Assembly (NCBI RefSeq): GCF_036321535.1
Contig: NC_087437.1
Coordinates: 40,178,001-40,242,000, forward strand
Source of the DNA: Camelus dromedarius
Taxonomy: Eukaryota
Direction: 5' to 3'
DNA length: 64,000 bases
Of this stretch, positions 28,405-41,279 are shown piece by piece (positions within the stretch are counted from its first letter, which is position 1; the number at the start of each line of letters is the position of its first letter). The notes under the pieces are model-generated. The model was given only the letters and a program-made list of their open reading frames with translations. It made no database searches and was not told the origin of the DNA. A program made the position numbers and the translations under genes.

Positions 28405-28875
28405 TGTTAACCCAAACTTCAGAAATGGAGGCCTGATTGAAATAAAGAGGTGTTTATTTGGGGTTTGTTAGGACAGGGAGACACAGATTTAAGAAGCACT
28501 TGAATTGTGTTCCACGTTCTACAAAATAGGTGAGGCTTGTAAATGCAAAAAACCATCAAGTTATATAAATTGTTTGTCAAGAATTAGGATTGGAGCTGGC
28601 AAGAAGTAAGGATGCTTGGTAAACAAGGGTTGGTTGGGGATCCAAACTGATTACACAGTTGCAAAGGTCAAGGAAAATTTGAAACTACAAGGTTGTGGCT
28701 AGCAAGGGTAGCAGATACTGTTTTGAAAACAGTTGGTAGTGTCCTTGAGTTTCCATACAGTTCAGAGAAAATTAAGTTCTCAGTGACAAAGGAATGTGTC
28801 TGAAACCATATCCACAATGACCACCCAGCTCCATTTTGGATGCTGAACCACAGTTACTCCATTTTGATTTTTAAA
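28405..28875 (-). mobile_element. ERV1-class solo LTR (family not determined)
   Basis: Begins tgttaac. Has gtttatt (minus-strand AATAAA) near that end, and ccattttgga/ccattttgat motifs typical of MER4-group LTR 5' ends at the other end. Confidence 0.55.
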
Positions 28876-29859
28876 TAATCTTAAATATGTAATCAAAGAG
28901 AAGAGAGGACTGCCTTGAGAATCTCTCTGAGGTTCATTGCCTGCTCTCAGCTGGACATGCAGGACATACAGACAAGTGTCAGACTTACAACTCATATTTC
29001 TGTGCAGGCATGAAGGACTTTGAGACTACAAGTAAAATGCAGCTAAAGAAATTTACAAGAAGAACAGACTACTTAATTACCTGGCTTCAACTATATTTTT
29101 CTGCTACTCTTTTATTTAAAATTCACCTAATTATTGTATGTCAGGATTCTATGGCACCAATAATTTATTTACTATACTGTATTTATATTAGGTGAAAATA
29201 ATAAACCAGACTTCAAATCCTAAAACAAATACTAGTAATAACCATTACACCAAAAAATAAAAGTCAAGAATCTAGATTTCATTTTTAACCCACGCCTCAG
29301 TCCTGAATTCTAAATAGTATTTACCTAGCAGCACATTTTAAAATTTCTAGAGGAGGGCTCATTTTGGAGGTAATTCCCAATGCCCTTCTATACTGGAGTA
29401 GCCTGCCAAGTACTGGGAAATCCAAGGGTGAGGGTGAATTTGACTTAGGTGCCTATTCAGAATGACTGTGTGACGTTGAATAAGTTACTTAAATTCTTCG
29501 ATCTTAAATTTCCTCTTATGCTAAAGGCACAGCATAATAATGCCCATCTCACGGATGCAGTGAGGTATACCTAAAGCTTCTGGCACAGTTCCATTTCTAG
29601 GAGCACACACTGTAAAAGAAGCGTCCAAAATGGAAATGGTGGAGGGAGAGGAGCGTGCACGCTATGCTTCATTTGCTACAAGATAATTCATAGGTGAGGA
29701 ACTACTTAAAACAGGTGGGGTAAAGGTGCACAGAATGGTTTCCAGAGCCTCTTGCTCACCTGGGCCCCGCTTCTGAAGACTTCACAAAAAGGGGTCTTAG
29801 AAGAGCATCCAGACAACACTCCCGGAGATAGGAGCAAAGCGATACTTTTCTTCAGGACA

Positions 29860-30420
29860 AACTACCGCTCAAAGGGCGCGCCCACCGCGGGAACTTGGGG
29901 ATCCCCTCCAGCCCGCGTTTAGGGGACCCGAAGTTCCAGCCACCGCTGCGGTTCCCAGGGGCATCCTCCCACCCCTTCGCCTACGGCCCGCAGGCTAGTC
30001 GGAGAAATCGGCCCGCCACGCCACGCCCCTCGCGCGCTTCCTCGGGGCCTGGCCGCCGCCGAAGTGCATCCTGTTTCTTACCGCCACCGTCGGCCACAGC
30101 CCCGGCCGAAGTAGGGGTAGTAGTCGGGGTGAGAAGTGGGCTCTGGGACTCCAGGATGGCCTCCCGCCTGCCCCTCATGCTGCCGGGGATCCCGCGGGCT
30201 AAGGCGGCGGCGGCGGCGTTGTCATGACGACCGCGCGCGTGCGCCTACCCCGCCCGGGGCAGCCTTAGGGCTGCGCGGAGCCGGCCCACGGAAAGGCCTG
30301 AGCGCCGGAATCAGCCGGCTGCGTGATCCCGTGCCATCACCTGCTTAGTCACTGAAGCCCGACTGGGCAGGCAGTGACCGCCCATTTTATGGAGGCTCCT
30401 TAGTAACCCCGTCTAGGTCC
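29860..30420. promoter_or_regulatory. CpG island, LRRC34 promoter (probably bidirectional with LRRIQ4)
   Basis: GC- and CpG-dense island over LRRC34 exon 1. X-box-like GTTGTCATGACGAC at 30218-30231 and NRF1-like GCGCGTGCGC at 30235-30244. Confidence 0.85.
30082..30178 (-). CDS. LRRC34: LRRC34 exon 1 (coding part)
   Basis: ATG at 30178, translating MRGRREAILESQSPLLTPTTTPTSAGAVADGG then G|gtaag. Phase 1 matches exon 2. The joined CDS is 1353 nt and open (450 aa). Confidence 0.75.
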
Positions 30421-32164
30421 CGGTCATCTGCCTGGTTAAAGACACACAGAGAGAGGGCACCCTGGCTCCTTTGCAGGGAGAAGTCCTCGAGGTCTAGGGG
30501 GAAATGGCTGATGGACTAGGGGCCGGGGATACAAAGACGATTATGACACAGTCCTCTCCCCAAAGTGTGCACGTACCAGCGGAGGCCAAGTGCAGAAGCT
30601 GAGAGTAGCACTTGCACGGATAGGACACGGAGCTAAGGGAACATAAAGGAGCTTGTGGGTCAGTCTTGTAGAGGGGGGATGGCATCAGGGAGGGCTTCTT
30701 GGAGGAGGTAATATCCTGATTGGCCCAAGTGAACCTGTCAGAGGGCCGGACTGTTTGGTGCATTCTGGAGACGTGCAGGTACTTAGGGCTGCCCAGATGA
30801 GCACAGACTGCGGGGGCCCGGGTGGGAGGGGGTGCCAAACGGGGGCCAGATCCACGTTGGAGCCCTGTGCATCGTCTGAGAAACACAGCAGTTAAGGGGC
30901 AGGATGCTGGGAGCTCTCAGATCGGGAACAGCTGATGGAGGATGGATTTGACACGACCTAGAAGGGTTAAGGTCTGCACCAACCCAGGAGACATCATAAG
31001 GCTTCACCTAAGGCTGGACTTTGGGGAATTAGAAGGGACAGCACCCAGCAATACTTTCAGGGTAACGTGGTCAGGATTTGGTACTTGGAACTGGGAGAGA
31101 GAAGAGGAAGGAGGGGCGGAAAGGCCTTCTGTTTGGGGTTGCTGTAGATCAACGAGAGGGAAGTGGAAGGGCCGTGCCAGGGCTCTGGAGCCGCCAGAGA
31201 CTCCTTGCCTGAGGAAAGGTGGAAGGAAGATTCTCAAGGTGATATCAGGCCATCTAGGAGGACAGTTCAAAGGCGAAAAATGAAACATCCGAGTCCTGCC
31301 TCCCTCCTGCTACCCCACCAGGCAAATCCAGACCATCGCTCCACTACCAAGAAACTGCTGGGCAAGGCAGAGGTCTCTTGAAACGCTGTGTGTCCTACAG
31401 ATTTTAAGCATCACTTGAAGTGTTTCTTCAGGTTAAACATGATGTAGAAAACACAATTGTGTTTTTGTTCACCCCATGTGTGCTACCAACAAAGTTTTGA
31501 GAGATAGCTTGAAATACGAAAGTGTGAGTGCAGGTACAATTCAGCTTCTGCCTTTCCCTAGCCCCCCCCCTTAAAGTATTTTGAGTCAATAAAATAGAGG
31601 AAAGTAAAGAGAAGTTGAGGATTAATTGTTACTCCAGGGGGAGAAAGGGATAATCTTCCAAGGGAGCAAGAAAGGCAGAGTCAGACTTTTGTTTGAGGGA
31701 GTGACTAACAAACAGGGTCAGAACAGAATAAACAGGTAAGAGCTGCTTTAACTAGACAAACAGAACCTACAGCACTGTTCTCCCTATCTGCCGTAGCAAA
31801 ACAAAACTAAAAGCAGTATTTACACAGAACTACAGCCTGCAGTGTCCAAATGTATAGTAAATAGGACAGTCACAAAGACACGACCATGTGCACAACTCAT
31901 TTCCATTAGTACATTTCTTGTTACCCGCAGTGATTTCCAGATGGAGGAGGGATGCTGTTCAGGAAAAAACCCTCCCCTTGAGAATCACTGATTGGGCAGG
32001 TAGAGGAGGAGGGGAGAGGGACACCCCTCTGAGCTGGCTTTCAGGAAAGCTAAGTGGATTCACTGAGTGCTTATGTGTCAAGAACTCAGAGTGGAGGTCA
32101 AACTCGAATCTGAGCTTTCTAGAAATCAGAACCAAAGAGAATATGTGAAGATACTGTCATTCCT

Positions 32165-32400
32165 CGTTGTCACTAGATATCTTTGGGGATTGGTTCCAAT
32201 ACCTACTCAGATACCAAAACCTAAGGATGCTCAAGTCTTATATGAAATGGCACAATATTTGCATATAATCTACGCACATTCTCCTGTATCCTTTAAATCA
32301 CCTCTAGATAACTTTAATGCCTAATACAATGTAAATGCTGTGTAAGTAGTTGTAAATACAATGTAAATGCTGTGTAAGTTGTTGCACATAGCAAATTAAA
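32165..32400. mobile_element. MER2-like (Tigger) fragment
   Basis: ggggattggttcca...gataccaaaa...ggatgctcaagtc...tttgcatataatctacgcacattctcc...cctaatacaatgtaaatgct resembles MER2. Confidence 0.7.
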
Positions 32401-33089
32401 TTCCTGGTTGAATTTTGCAATGAATATCTGAAAAGCTGCCTTCATGTGTGGCATGCATGTTTGGGTACTGAATATGCAGATGACAGAATTAGTGTTCTAT
32501 TATTAACAATGATCTGGCCCATGGATAAAAGAAGAGTGAGTTGTGTGAAGTTTACATTTTTACTTTCTGAAGAGATGAGAAAGTAAATCAGTGATTAGGA
32601 ATGATATCGTGCCCAAAACCTTCTTGCTCACTCATAATGAAAGACAGTTTGAAAAACCAAATTTTAAAAAAGAAAAAGAAGAGAGATTTCATTTATGAAA
32701 TACTAGGTCTACAGTTTGGTGGTACAGGTGGGAGTGAAGAATAGTAACGTTTTTGAAAATGGATAAAATGCCACTTTGAGTTTATTTAAAGGAAACAAGT
32801 CTTGAGAAGCTATCTCAGATCGATAATTTGGCAACAGTGGGGCTAGGGGTCCGTGGCTCAGCACGAGTTAACATTTCTGCCAAAAGAATGTTCCACTAAG
32901 GTCTTTTTCATCTCTAGGTGACTGGTCAGAGGTTTTCAAAAGGACGGGATTGCTGGATCCCAGCTTGGTGACACTCCTCACTCTACAAATTTTTCAGAGA
33001 TAATTATCCAATTATAGATTTTCCCCTCTTTTATCATTTCTCCATTTCTCCTAAGAAGACAACCAATCAAGAATATCAATATCCCAATA

Positions 33090-34512
33090 CTTCCGTCAGT
33101 TCCTACTCACGGAACACTTCTAATACCAATTCTGTGGGTTTTGCACAACAAACAATCTTCCAGTTCTCTCCAGATACCAACTAGGTGTTCTATAATTTAC
33201 CTCTGACACTAACTACCCAGAGTTAGCACAGACTCCACAGGCTTAGGGCTTATTCCCAGCAAGGCTGCTTCCTACTTCTGGTACCAGTCAAAAGTCCCGG
33301 GTTGTCATCTGTACTTCTACCAATGGGTTGTACATCAGGGGTTCCAACGACTCCCTCCTCAGATTCAGTAATTTGCTTTGATGGTTCACAGAACTCAGGG
33401 AAACACTTTACTTACTGACAGGGAGGAATAAATTTTAATCTACCCGTCTATGTTCTTCTGGCTAGTCTAAGAATTAAATTGACCTGAGACAGATTAACAG
33501 AAGAAAATCAAAGTTTAATAACACATTTACATGGGAAACACCGAGGAAACTGAGTAACTCACCAAAGTGGCCGAAATCCTCACCTTACATACCATCTTCA
33601 ACTAAAGACAAAAGAGGATGTTGGGGGGGGCGGGTCTGAGACTTCAAAGGGAGGGAGAGTAACTTACATGGGGAAGGAAAAGCAAATGTTTGGTAAGCAA
33701 ATGTTTGATGGGCCACCCAGAGATAATGGGATACAGAGTGGACTCTGATCTTTAAGCACTGCCTGGAGTTTCCACCAACGCGCCTGGCCCATGTTCTATG
33801 CAGATATCTCTGGTGATAGCTCTATTCTGGGAACACGCCCTCTATTTAAATTCTTTTAGGCAGTTAAAGAGAAGGTTAAAGTTTCTTCCTGAGCCATTTG
33901 TGCCTTGATTATATTCACCTTGAAATAATCTGCACACCAAAGAGACATTTTGGGGTGGCAAGTGTTGCTTCCCTACATTACTATTACCAGTTTATTATAA
34001 AGGGTACAACTCAGGAATAACCAAATGGAAGAGATGCATAGGGCCAGGTGTGGGGAAGGCATGCAGAGCTTCCATGCCCTTTCCGGGCACAACACCCTCC
34101 CAGCACTCCGTATGTTCATCAACTCAAAAGCTCTCCATGCAAAAAAAAAGGTTTTTATGGAGGTTCCATTGCATAGGCACGATTGATTAAATCATTGGCC
34201 ATAGGTGATTTAACTCAATCTCCAGCCCCTCTCCCCTTCCCTGAGGCTGGGGGCTAGGGCTGTAAGGTCCACACCTCTAATGGGTTGTTTCCTCTGGCAA
34301 CCAGCCTCCATCCTGAAGCTTTCTGGGGGCCCAACAAGAGTCACCGCATTAGTATAAACTCAGGTGTAGTTGAAAGGGGCTTATTTTGAATAACAAAAGA
34401 TGTTCCACTCCTCTCCTCTCCTATTACTCAGAAAATTCTGAGGATTTTAGAAGCTCTTGTGTCAGGAACTTGGGAACAAAGAGCAATACCATATATTTCT
34501 TATTATATCACA
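33090..34512 (-). mobile_element. MER21-like LTR split by a nested LTR
   Basis: MER21-like text (cagagttagcacagactccacagg; gaactcagggaaacactttac) resumes after 33981 (ccagtttattataaaggg...cttattatatcaca). Confidence 0.7.
33416..33977 (-). mobile_element. ERV1-class solo LTR nested in the MER21-like LTR
   Basis: TG...CA termini with a 4-bp TSD, TTAC, at 33412-33415 and 33978-33981. Confidence 0.75.
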
Positions 34513-34549
34513 GTATCTCACCTGGAGAATCCACCTTTATCATTAGCTG

Positions 34550-34797
34550 TACCTGAGGATTTAGTCACCACCAACCAATCAAAGAATTGTGCCCAGGCAA
34601 TCACATACCCTGGGATGACCCTCCCTCAGCTGGCCTTTAAAAATGTTCAGCTGAAACCCTTCAGGGAGTTTGTGGGGCACAAGCCACCTGTTCTCCTTGC
34701 TCTGCCCTGCAACAAACCTTTTTCTGCTCCAAACCCCGATGTTTCAGTTTGCTTGGCCTCACAGTGCATTGGGCACACAATCTTATGTTCAGTAACA
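34550..34797 (+). mobile_element. 3' half of an ERV LTR, same family as 50409-50887
   Basis: Aligns by eye to 50650-50887 (caaccaatca...ctggcctttaaa...gctgaaacccttc...gctccaaac...gatgtttcagtttg...gtaaca). Confidence 0.8.
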
Positions 34798-35155
34798 ATT
34801 TTAGAATCAGACTGTGAGCTTCTACCAAAAAGAAACTTTGCTGAGATTTTGATTGGGATTGCACTGAAACAATAGATCAATTTGAGATGACTGACATCTT
34901 AACATTGAGAGTTCTCATCCATGGACATGACCTATCTCTCCTTTTAATTTCTTTCTGGTTTGCAACTTTAGTTCATTTCTATTCACTGCAATTTCAAATC
35001 CCACCAGGTGTAGGAATCTAAGACCATGAGACAACAGTATCTCTCTCTACTTTTTAGTCCTGCCTACAATTTTCTCTAGGGACACTGAGTCAGCTCCAGT
35101 CAAATAGGGGAGAACTAGCTGGTGGGAAGAACTGACTCTGTATTTGGGCTCCAGG

Positions 35156-35831
35156 CGTTATTGAATCAGGTTTGTTTGCCTGACACACAGCAAGCCAAAC
35201 ACTGAGATACAGAGATTTGCAGCAGAGAAAGGGTTTATTCACAAGGTAGCCAAGCAAGAACACAAGAGAACAAATCAAATCCACCTCCTCAAAGATGAGG
35301 AGCCCAGGATATTTATGAGATAAAGAAGCAGGGTGGCCTGAGGCATAAGGAGTGTGAGGAAAGGTAGTTGGAGATAAGAAAAAGGTAAGGTAATTGTCAT
35401 TCTTCACGGGTACAGCTAAGCTACATGCTTCTTCATAGGATGCATGTTCGGAATATGGTGGCATTAGCATGCTCTGAGGGTGGAGTTTTTGACCCTCTGA
35501 CACCAACTGGTCACCAGTCAAACCCTCACTCATGCCCAGTTGCAGGGTCAGCAGTCCCAACCAGTCTTAACTGGCTGGAGCTCCGATTGGACAACAGCTG
35601 ACTTCAGGTTCCTGAAAACAAATTGGGCAAACATCTTACGACTCCTACATCAGACATACTATCTATAGGGGTGGGGAAGGGGTCTTGTATCTTACCGTTT
35701 AGGCTGCCTGATGCTTGGAGGATACACATGTATTTGTAAAAAGAATTAAAGTGTGCTTGATGGGTGAAGGCAGGTTAATAAAGCAAGTTATAGTTTAATG
35801 GATCTAACTGATGACTACCCTCGGTTTCACA
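35156..35831 (-). mobile_element. ERV LTR related to the 34550 and 50409 family
   Basis: The minus-strand 3' end (aataaaccctttctctgctgcaaa...cagtgtttggcttgctgtgtgtcaggca) parallels the other two LTRs. Confidence 0.65.
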
Positions 35832-36464
35832 GATTCTAATCCACCATGCCAGCTCACACATGGCTGTTAAAAGTTTGGCTCGTTTCTCCTTATTCCAGAA
35901 ATTCTTTTACCTATGGAAGCCTTATTTCTCCACCTGCCAGTCCCCAAACTTGAAAATGCCACCAGGCATGAAAGTGCCCACTAGTCTCTCCTTTTTAGGA
36001 AGGACTAGTCCATCTCTAGAATTTAATTCTTTCAGCCTTTTTTTGGTATCCACAACTTTCTGGTGGCTTTATGGAAAAAAAAGCCATATTTTAAAATACT
36101 AATCTTTCCTAGTGTTTTCTCAGTGTTCATGGTAAGAGCAATGATCTTTTGCAACCTTCTACATCCAACCTGAAAATAGAATCAAAATAAGCATTTCTAA
36201 AAACTGAAATTAGACACTTTTTTTTTAATATATATGAGTCAACCTATTAGGACAAAGAAGAGTCTACACTTTATTCTTCTCCCAACATGAAACACAAAAA
36301 CCTTTTATGTTGTGTCATAGTGTCAAGCACTAGATTTAATCAACATTTAACGTTTATTTCTCTTAAGGGTACCAAGTCTGGTGGCAGGTAAACAATAAAC
36401 TGATTTTTTTCCCTTCTTTTCGCAATATTTCAGATTTTGACTATTTGAACTTTCCATCAGAATA

Positions 36465-37487
36465 ATGTCAAGTGATACCGTAAGATCAGTAGAACGTTCA
36501 TCTAGAAGTCATCAGAAAAATGATCTACAACAGGTTTCTGATAGAATATTTTTCATCGATGCTTCTAATCAGAACTTGGCTACCATTCCAGCAGAGATCT
36601 TAGAATTAAAAGGATTAGAGGAGGTGCATCTGGAAAACAACCAGATTGCAGAAATCCCCGAGGATATTCAGCATTTAAGGAATGTCAGAATCCTCTACCT
36701 GAACAAGAACAAGGTGAGGAACCTGTGCCCCGAGCTGGCGAAGCTGAGCAACCTGGAGGGCCTGGACCTGAGCGACAACCCGCTCCTAGCCTCGGCCCTT
36801 CCTGTGCTCAGCGGCATCCGCAAGCTGCGAGAGCTCCGCCTCTACCACACGGACCTGCAGGAGATCCCCATCGTCATCTGTAAACTCCTCCACCACCTCG
36901 AGCTGCTCGGACTGGCCGGAAACCACCTGAAATCTCTGCCCAAGGAAATAGTGAACCAGACCAAACTGAGGGAGATCCACCTGAAACAGAACCAGTTTGA
37001 AGCCTTCCCTCTGGAGCTGTGCGTTCTCGACAACCTGGAGATCATCGACCTGGATGAGAACAAGCTGACTGTCATCCCAGAAGAGATTGGGAACCTGACG
37101 AAGCTGAAGAAGTTCTACGTGGCTTACAACAGCTTGCCTGTGCTCCCCGAGTCGCTGTGCCAGTGTACCAAGCTGTCGGTGCTGGATTTATCCTACAACC
37201 GCCTGCACGCCGTGCCGCACACCCTGGCCGAGCTCTCGCAGATGACGGAGGTCGGGCTGAGCGGGAACCCCCTGGAGAAGGTGCCGCACCTCGTCTGCAG
37301 GTGGACGTCGCTGCACCTGCTGTACCTGCGCAACACGAGCCTGCGGGTGCTGCGGCGCTGCTGCCGGCGCCTGGTCGGCCTGCGCTTCCTGGATCTCAGC
37401 CAGAACCACCTGGAACGCTGTCCACTGCAGATCTCTGCGCTGAAGAACCTGGAAATCCTGGCGCTGGACGATAATAAAATAAGCCAG
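36465..37487 (+). CDS. LRRIQ4: LRRIQ4 first coding exon (tandem leucine-rich repeats)
   Basis: Acceptor tttcag ends at 36433 and ATG is at 36465. 341 codons of LxxLxLxxN repeats (FFIDASNQ...LEEVHLENNQI...LDDNKISQ|gtactg) match recalled human LRRIQ4. Confidence 0.95.
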
Positions 37488-40400
37488 GTACTGATTCCCT
37501 TCCTGGCTGCCACTATGCTCCCATCAGGGGCCCTTCCGGCTCGAAATTGGTATGGTTCTGGGTCTGAACAGGAGAAAATTCGAACTGGGTTTATGGGTGA
37601 AAATCTGGACTTAACAAATATCTCCAACAAGTTCATCGTTTATGTTACTTTAACCCCCCTGAATAGCAGTAGTAATGTGATGTTTATTAACAATGGGTAG
37701 GTGCCAGGCACTGAGCTAAATGTTTTCTATATATTACCTCATTTAATACTCACAAGAACTTTTCGATGTCGGTGATAATATCCTCAATCATATATGAGGA
37801 AAATGAGGCGTGGCGAGCTTAACTTGTCAGGGCCACACACTGGCACGTGATAGAGCCAGCATTCTAACCCACAGCTGCTGGGCTGCAGGGCCCATCTCCT
37901 TAACAAAGACCCCTCCGAAAAAGGCTTCCTGAAACAGCAGAATTTTCTGACACATACAGCCTTAGGCCTTAATGTTCCATTGGTGGGAAACTACAAAACC
38001 AGATATGTACGTAGAGAAACTCCCCTACATGTGCAGGGTGGTGAGTTCAAAAGCCTTCATCATAGCATTGTTGATAATCATGAAGTATGGGAGATAATCT
38101 AAATGCCAACTGGTAGACAGAGTCACATGTAACTTGTGGTATACTCATAAAATGGAATACTGTACAATAATGTAAGTGAACTGAAGCTTTATGTGCCAAC
38201 GTGGATAGATCTCAAAATTGTGGTATTTATTAAAAAAGTCAAGCACCTACTTGCAGAACCTTGCATCATATATAAATCTTTAATCACACAAAACTACATA
38301 TACACAGCACATATTTTATGGATTTTTTATATGTAATAAAAATATAAAAATAAGTGGTGGAAAAAAGCTCACTAAATTCCTGATAATGGCTACCTCTGGG
38401 GAGAGGGGGGAAGTCAGGGAAATGAGGAGGGGATGGTAGGAGAAGTCAACTTTCATTGCAGTGTTCCATTTGGTTTATTAGTGAAAAGTTTGGGCAGTGG
38501 GTTCAGCTGCCTGTTTCCTTATTATATTTTAATATCTGAAAATTTCAAAGAACAGAGTTCTGTTAAAAAGCAAGAGACAACTGTAGAGAGAGAGAAAGGG
38601 AGATTTGGTGATCAGCAGCTCTAATCAAATAATAGGTCTGTTTTTCCTGGCCATGAACACCACACTCATGTGTACCCCATACATTACAAAAGTCCTAGCC
38701 TTAAAGTTGGTTTTTTTTTTTTAAATCTTTTTGCTCAGTTTTCAATTTCTAGAGCTTTGTTGAGGGGAGAGGTTTGGTTTTCCTCACTGCTATAGAGTTT
38801 TAAAACTGACTTTCAGGAGGTAAACATTTTGAGGATGACTTTTAAGATTTAGGAAGAGAAACTAGGACTCAATCTCTAATTGGGAAACAACCCACTTTGG
38901 AGGATTTTCGAGGTTGTATAAGAACCCTCTGCTCATCCTCCCCATACCCCACTATCCTGCCACTGATATAAGAAGGTCCTTTTATAGCAAACGAAGTCTG
39001 TCATTCCACAGTGGGAGTAAAATTCTCAAAATATAAAGTGCCCTTGGGATGTATAACACGATTCACTTAAATCCTATTGAGTCATTCCTGCTACCTAATC
39101 CTTCCCTGTGAGACATTTTAAGAGTTCAGGATGGAGGAGGGAATCACACACAGATGGCTCCTTACCAAAGTTAAGCCTCATCCAATACCAAGTTTTACTG
39201 CAAGTCAAACTGCACCAAAATGTGGGCATGATCAATGTTAGGATGTTGAACCTGAAAATCTCTATGTACCACTGCTTATCGTTCTTCAGTTCTTATGATG
39301 GTATTTCTGTGTTGTCTTCTTTTCTCAACTTCCTATTATGCCAGCCCCTCCAGAAACCTCCCCATGCATTTCTCTCCGTAATGACACATGACCTCTAAGT
39401 CAGCTCCTTATCTCTCCCACCCCAAAGATTTACCTCCTGGGTTCCTGGAGCCTGAAGCCTAGCCAGTAGCTTTTGCTTGCCTAGGGGGAGGCAAAAATAG
39501 TTGACTTTCAGTGTGAATCTAGATGGATTTTATTTGTATGGTAAATTTCTATTAAAGGAGAAAGCTCAACCTCAAAATAGCTACCGTTCAGTTATAATGT
39601 CAGCAATAATTGTTCTCATTTGGCACAGTGCAGGTTTTCTGTACACCCAAATTTATTTCCACTATACTTTAACATGACTATGATGGGATTAATTATTGGA
39701 TCTTGAATATCCTGACAAAAAAAATCATTAAACATTCAATGGGCTCCTGAAAAAGAAAAGCTAAACCTATGAGCTAAGTAAACAACAGTAAGAGTGAATG
39801 ACTAGGTTACAATGAAGTGGTTGGATTGAAGACTCACTCCCCATTATTTTGGACTGCATTGAATGCAGATGCTTTGCATGGAAGGGATCTAAGGGCCTGA
39901 AGAATTTTGAAATAGCTGAGAAGGGAAGCTTCAACATCAATTTCTTTGGAGGTGGGCTTGTTCTGAGGTTTTTTAAAATGTAAATAAATAAATAAACCTG
40001 TATATATAGCATACTTATAGAACTTTAAAGAAAATTTTTTATTTTTATAGCATTTTTAAGAAAATGAGCCCTAACCCTACACAATAAAGAGAAAAATGTC
40101 TTATGGCAGTTTCCAGGTGTGTGAAACATTTGGCTGGTAGATCAGAAGAAAGCCCACTATGGGGATAACTATTCCCTAATTATTTATCCATTCCACCCAC
40201 TGTAGAGAGGTGAGCTGAGCTGAACTCTTCTAACCATTCTCATGAAAGGTAGAGTGGTAGATGAGGGAATGGATGGAAGGAAAGTCCAAGAACTAAAGCA
40301 AGGACCCGTGAGGACTCCCAGTGAGGAATAAAGCCACATAAGGGAACTATGTTTCAAATGAGTTAAGAAGCTATTAAGATACACACCTGGGCCTTTTTTT

Positions 40401-41279
40401 CTACAAGAAAATAAGCATCTCTAACATAATCAAAAGAATGATCGTGTCACATATTTTAAGAATGAGATTTTTCCATGTGGTTCCAGAAGGCCAGAAAGAG
40501 GCCATTGGTGGATGTAAATATTGATGCAGATTTTGGCTTGACAGGAGAAAGAAATATGATAAGTAGTGGTATTTATCCAGTGAGCTTTTCATCCCAGCAG
40601 GTGGTGTTTAAACAAGAGCTGGATGGCTAGCTGCCATATTAGAGGGTTACAACAGGGACCTTTTTAAGACCTTCCAAATCTGAAAGTCTGGGAGTCTGTG
40701 AAATGCCTGCCTGATACCAGGACAGACAGCCTTGGGATTCACTGGAGAGCAGAAGATATAATCATAATAGTCTTCATTGTTTGCTTCCAATTGAGATTTC
40801 AACTAAAGCTTCAAAATTGCTGCGCTAAAGCCTTTTAGGGTGAGAGGTCATATCACTAAATTGATCAGTTCTAATAACTGATCTAGTTGATTAGTTCTAA
40901 TTTAGTTATTAGTTATTAATATAAGACCTTCTTATATTATAGTTACAATGTTACACTAATAAGCTTAGTACTTTTTCTTTCAATAGTGCCAAGCATTGCT
41001 ACACTACAGTTTAAAAATTTGCAATAAATTAGGTTAAAAATTGTTCCAATTTAAAATAGTAAAGAGCAAAGAGGCTGGGGAAAAGGTAGAACTCCAGGTT
41101 TTAGGTCTGCAAGTATAAATACTATAAACGCAAACATATGTGCCAACTTTTCATCAGTAGGAAATTTTAAATTGCTCTACTTTTTTTTTTTTTAACAATC
41201 TGCCCCTAGACTAAAAGCCTAATTTATTTCCTTACTGTCAAAAATAATCTTGACACTTACCGTTTCGGAACACTTCCAG

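Noticed and set aside
29895..31381. Cluster of 65-130 aa ORFs around the CpG island
   Set aside because: Stop-poor GC-rich sequence. Only the 30178-30082 segment has splice and phase support.
36368..36387. 20-nt exon-like unit (aag|...cag|gtaaac) before the LRRIQ4 acceptor
   Set aside because: The following intron would be only 46 nt, too short for normal mammalian splicing.
36786..37636. Several overlapping antisense or alternative-frame ORFs in the LRRIQ4 exon
   Set aside because: Shadow ORFs expected from high GC3, with no protein-like features.
37488..37700. C-terminal 70 aa of the 411-aa ORF
   Set aside because: Read-through into the intron past the CAG|gtactg donor. The LRR pattern continues in the exon at 41280.
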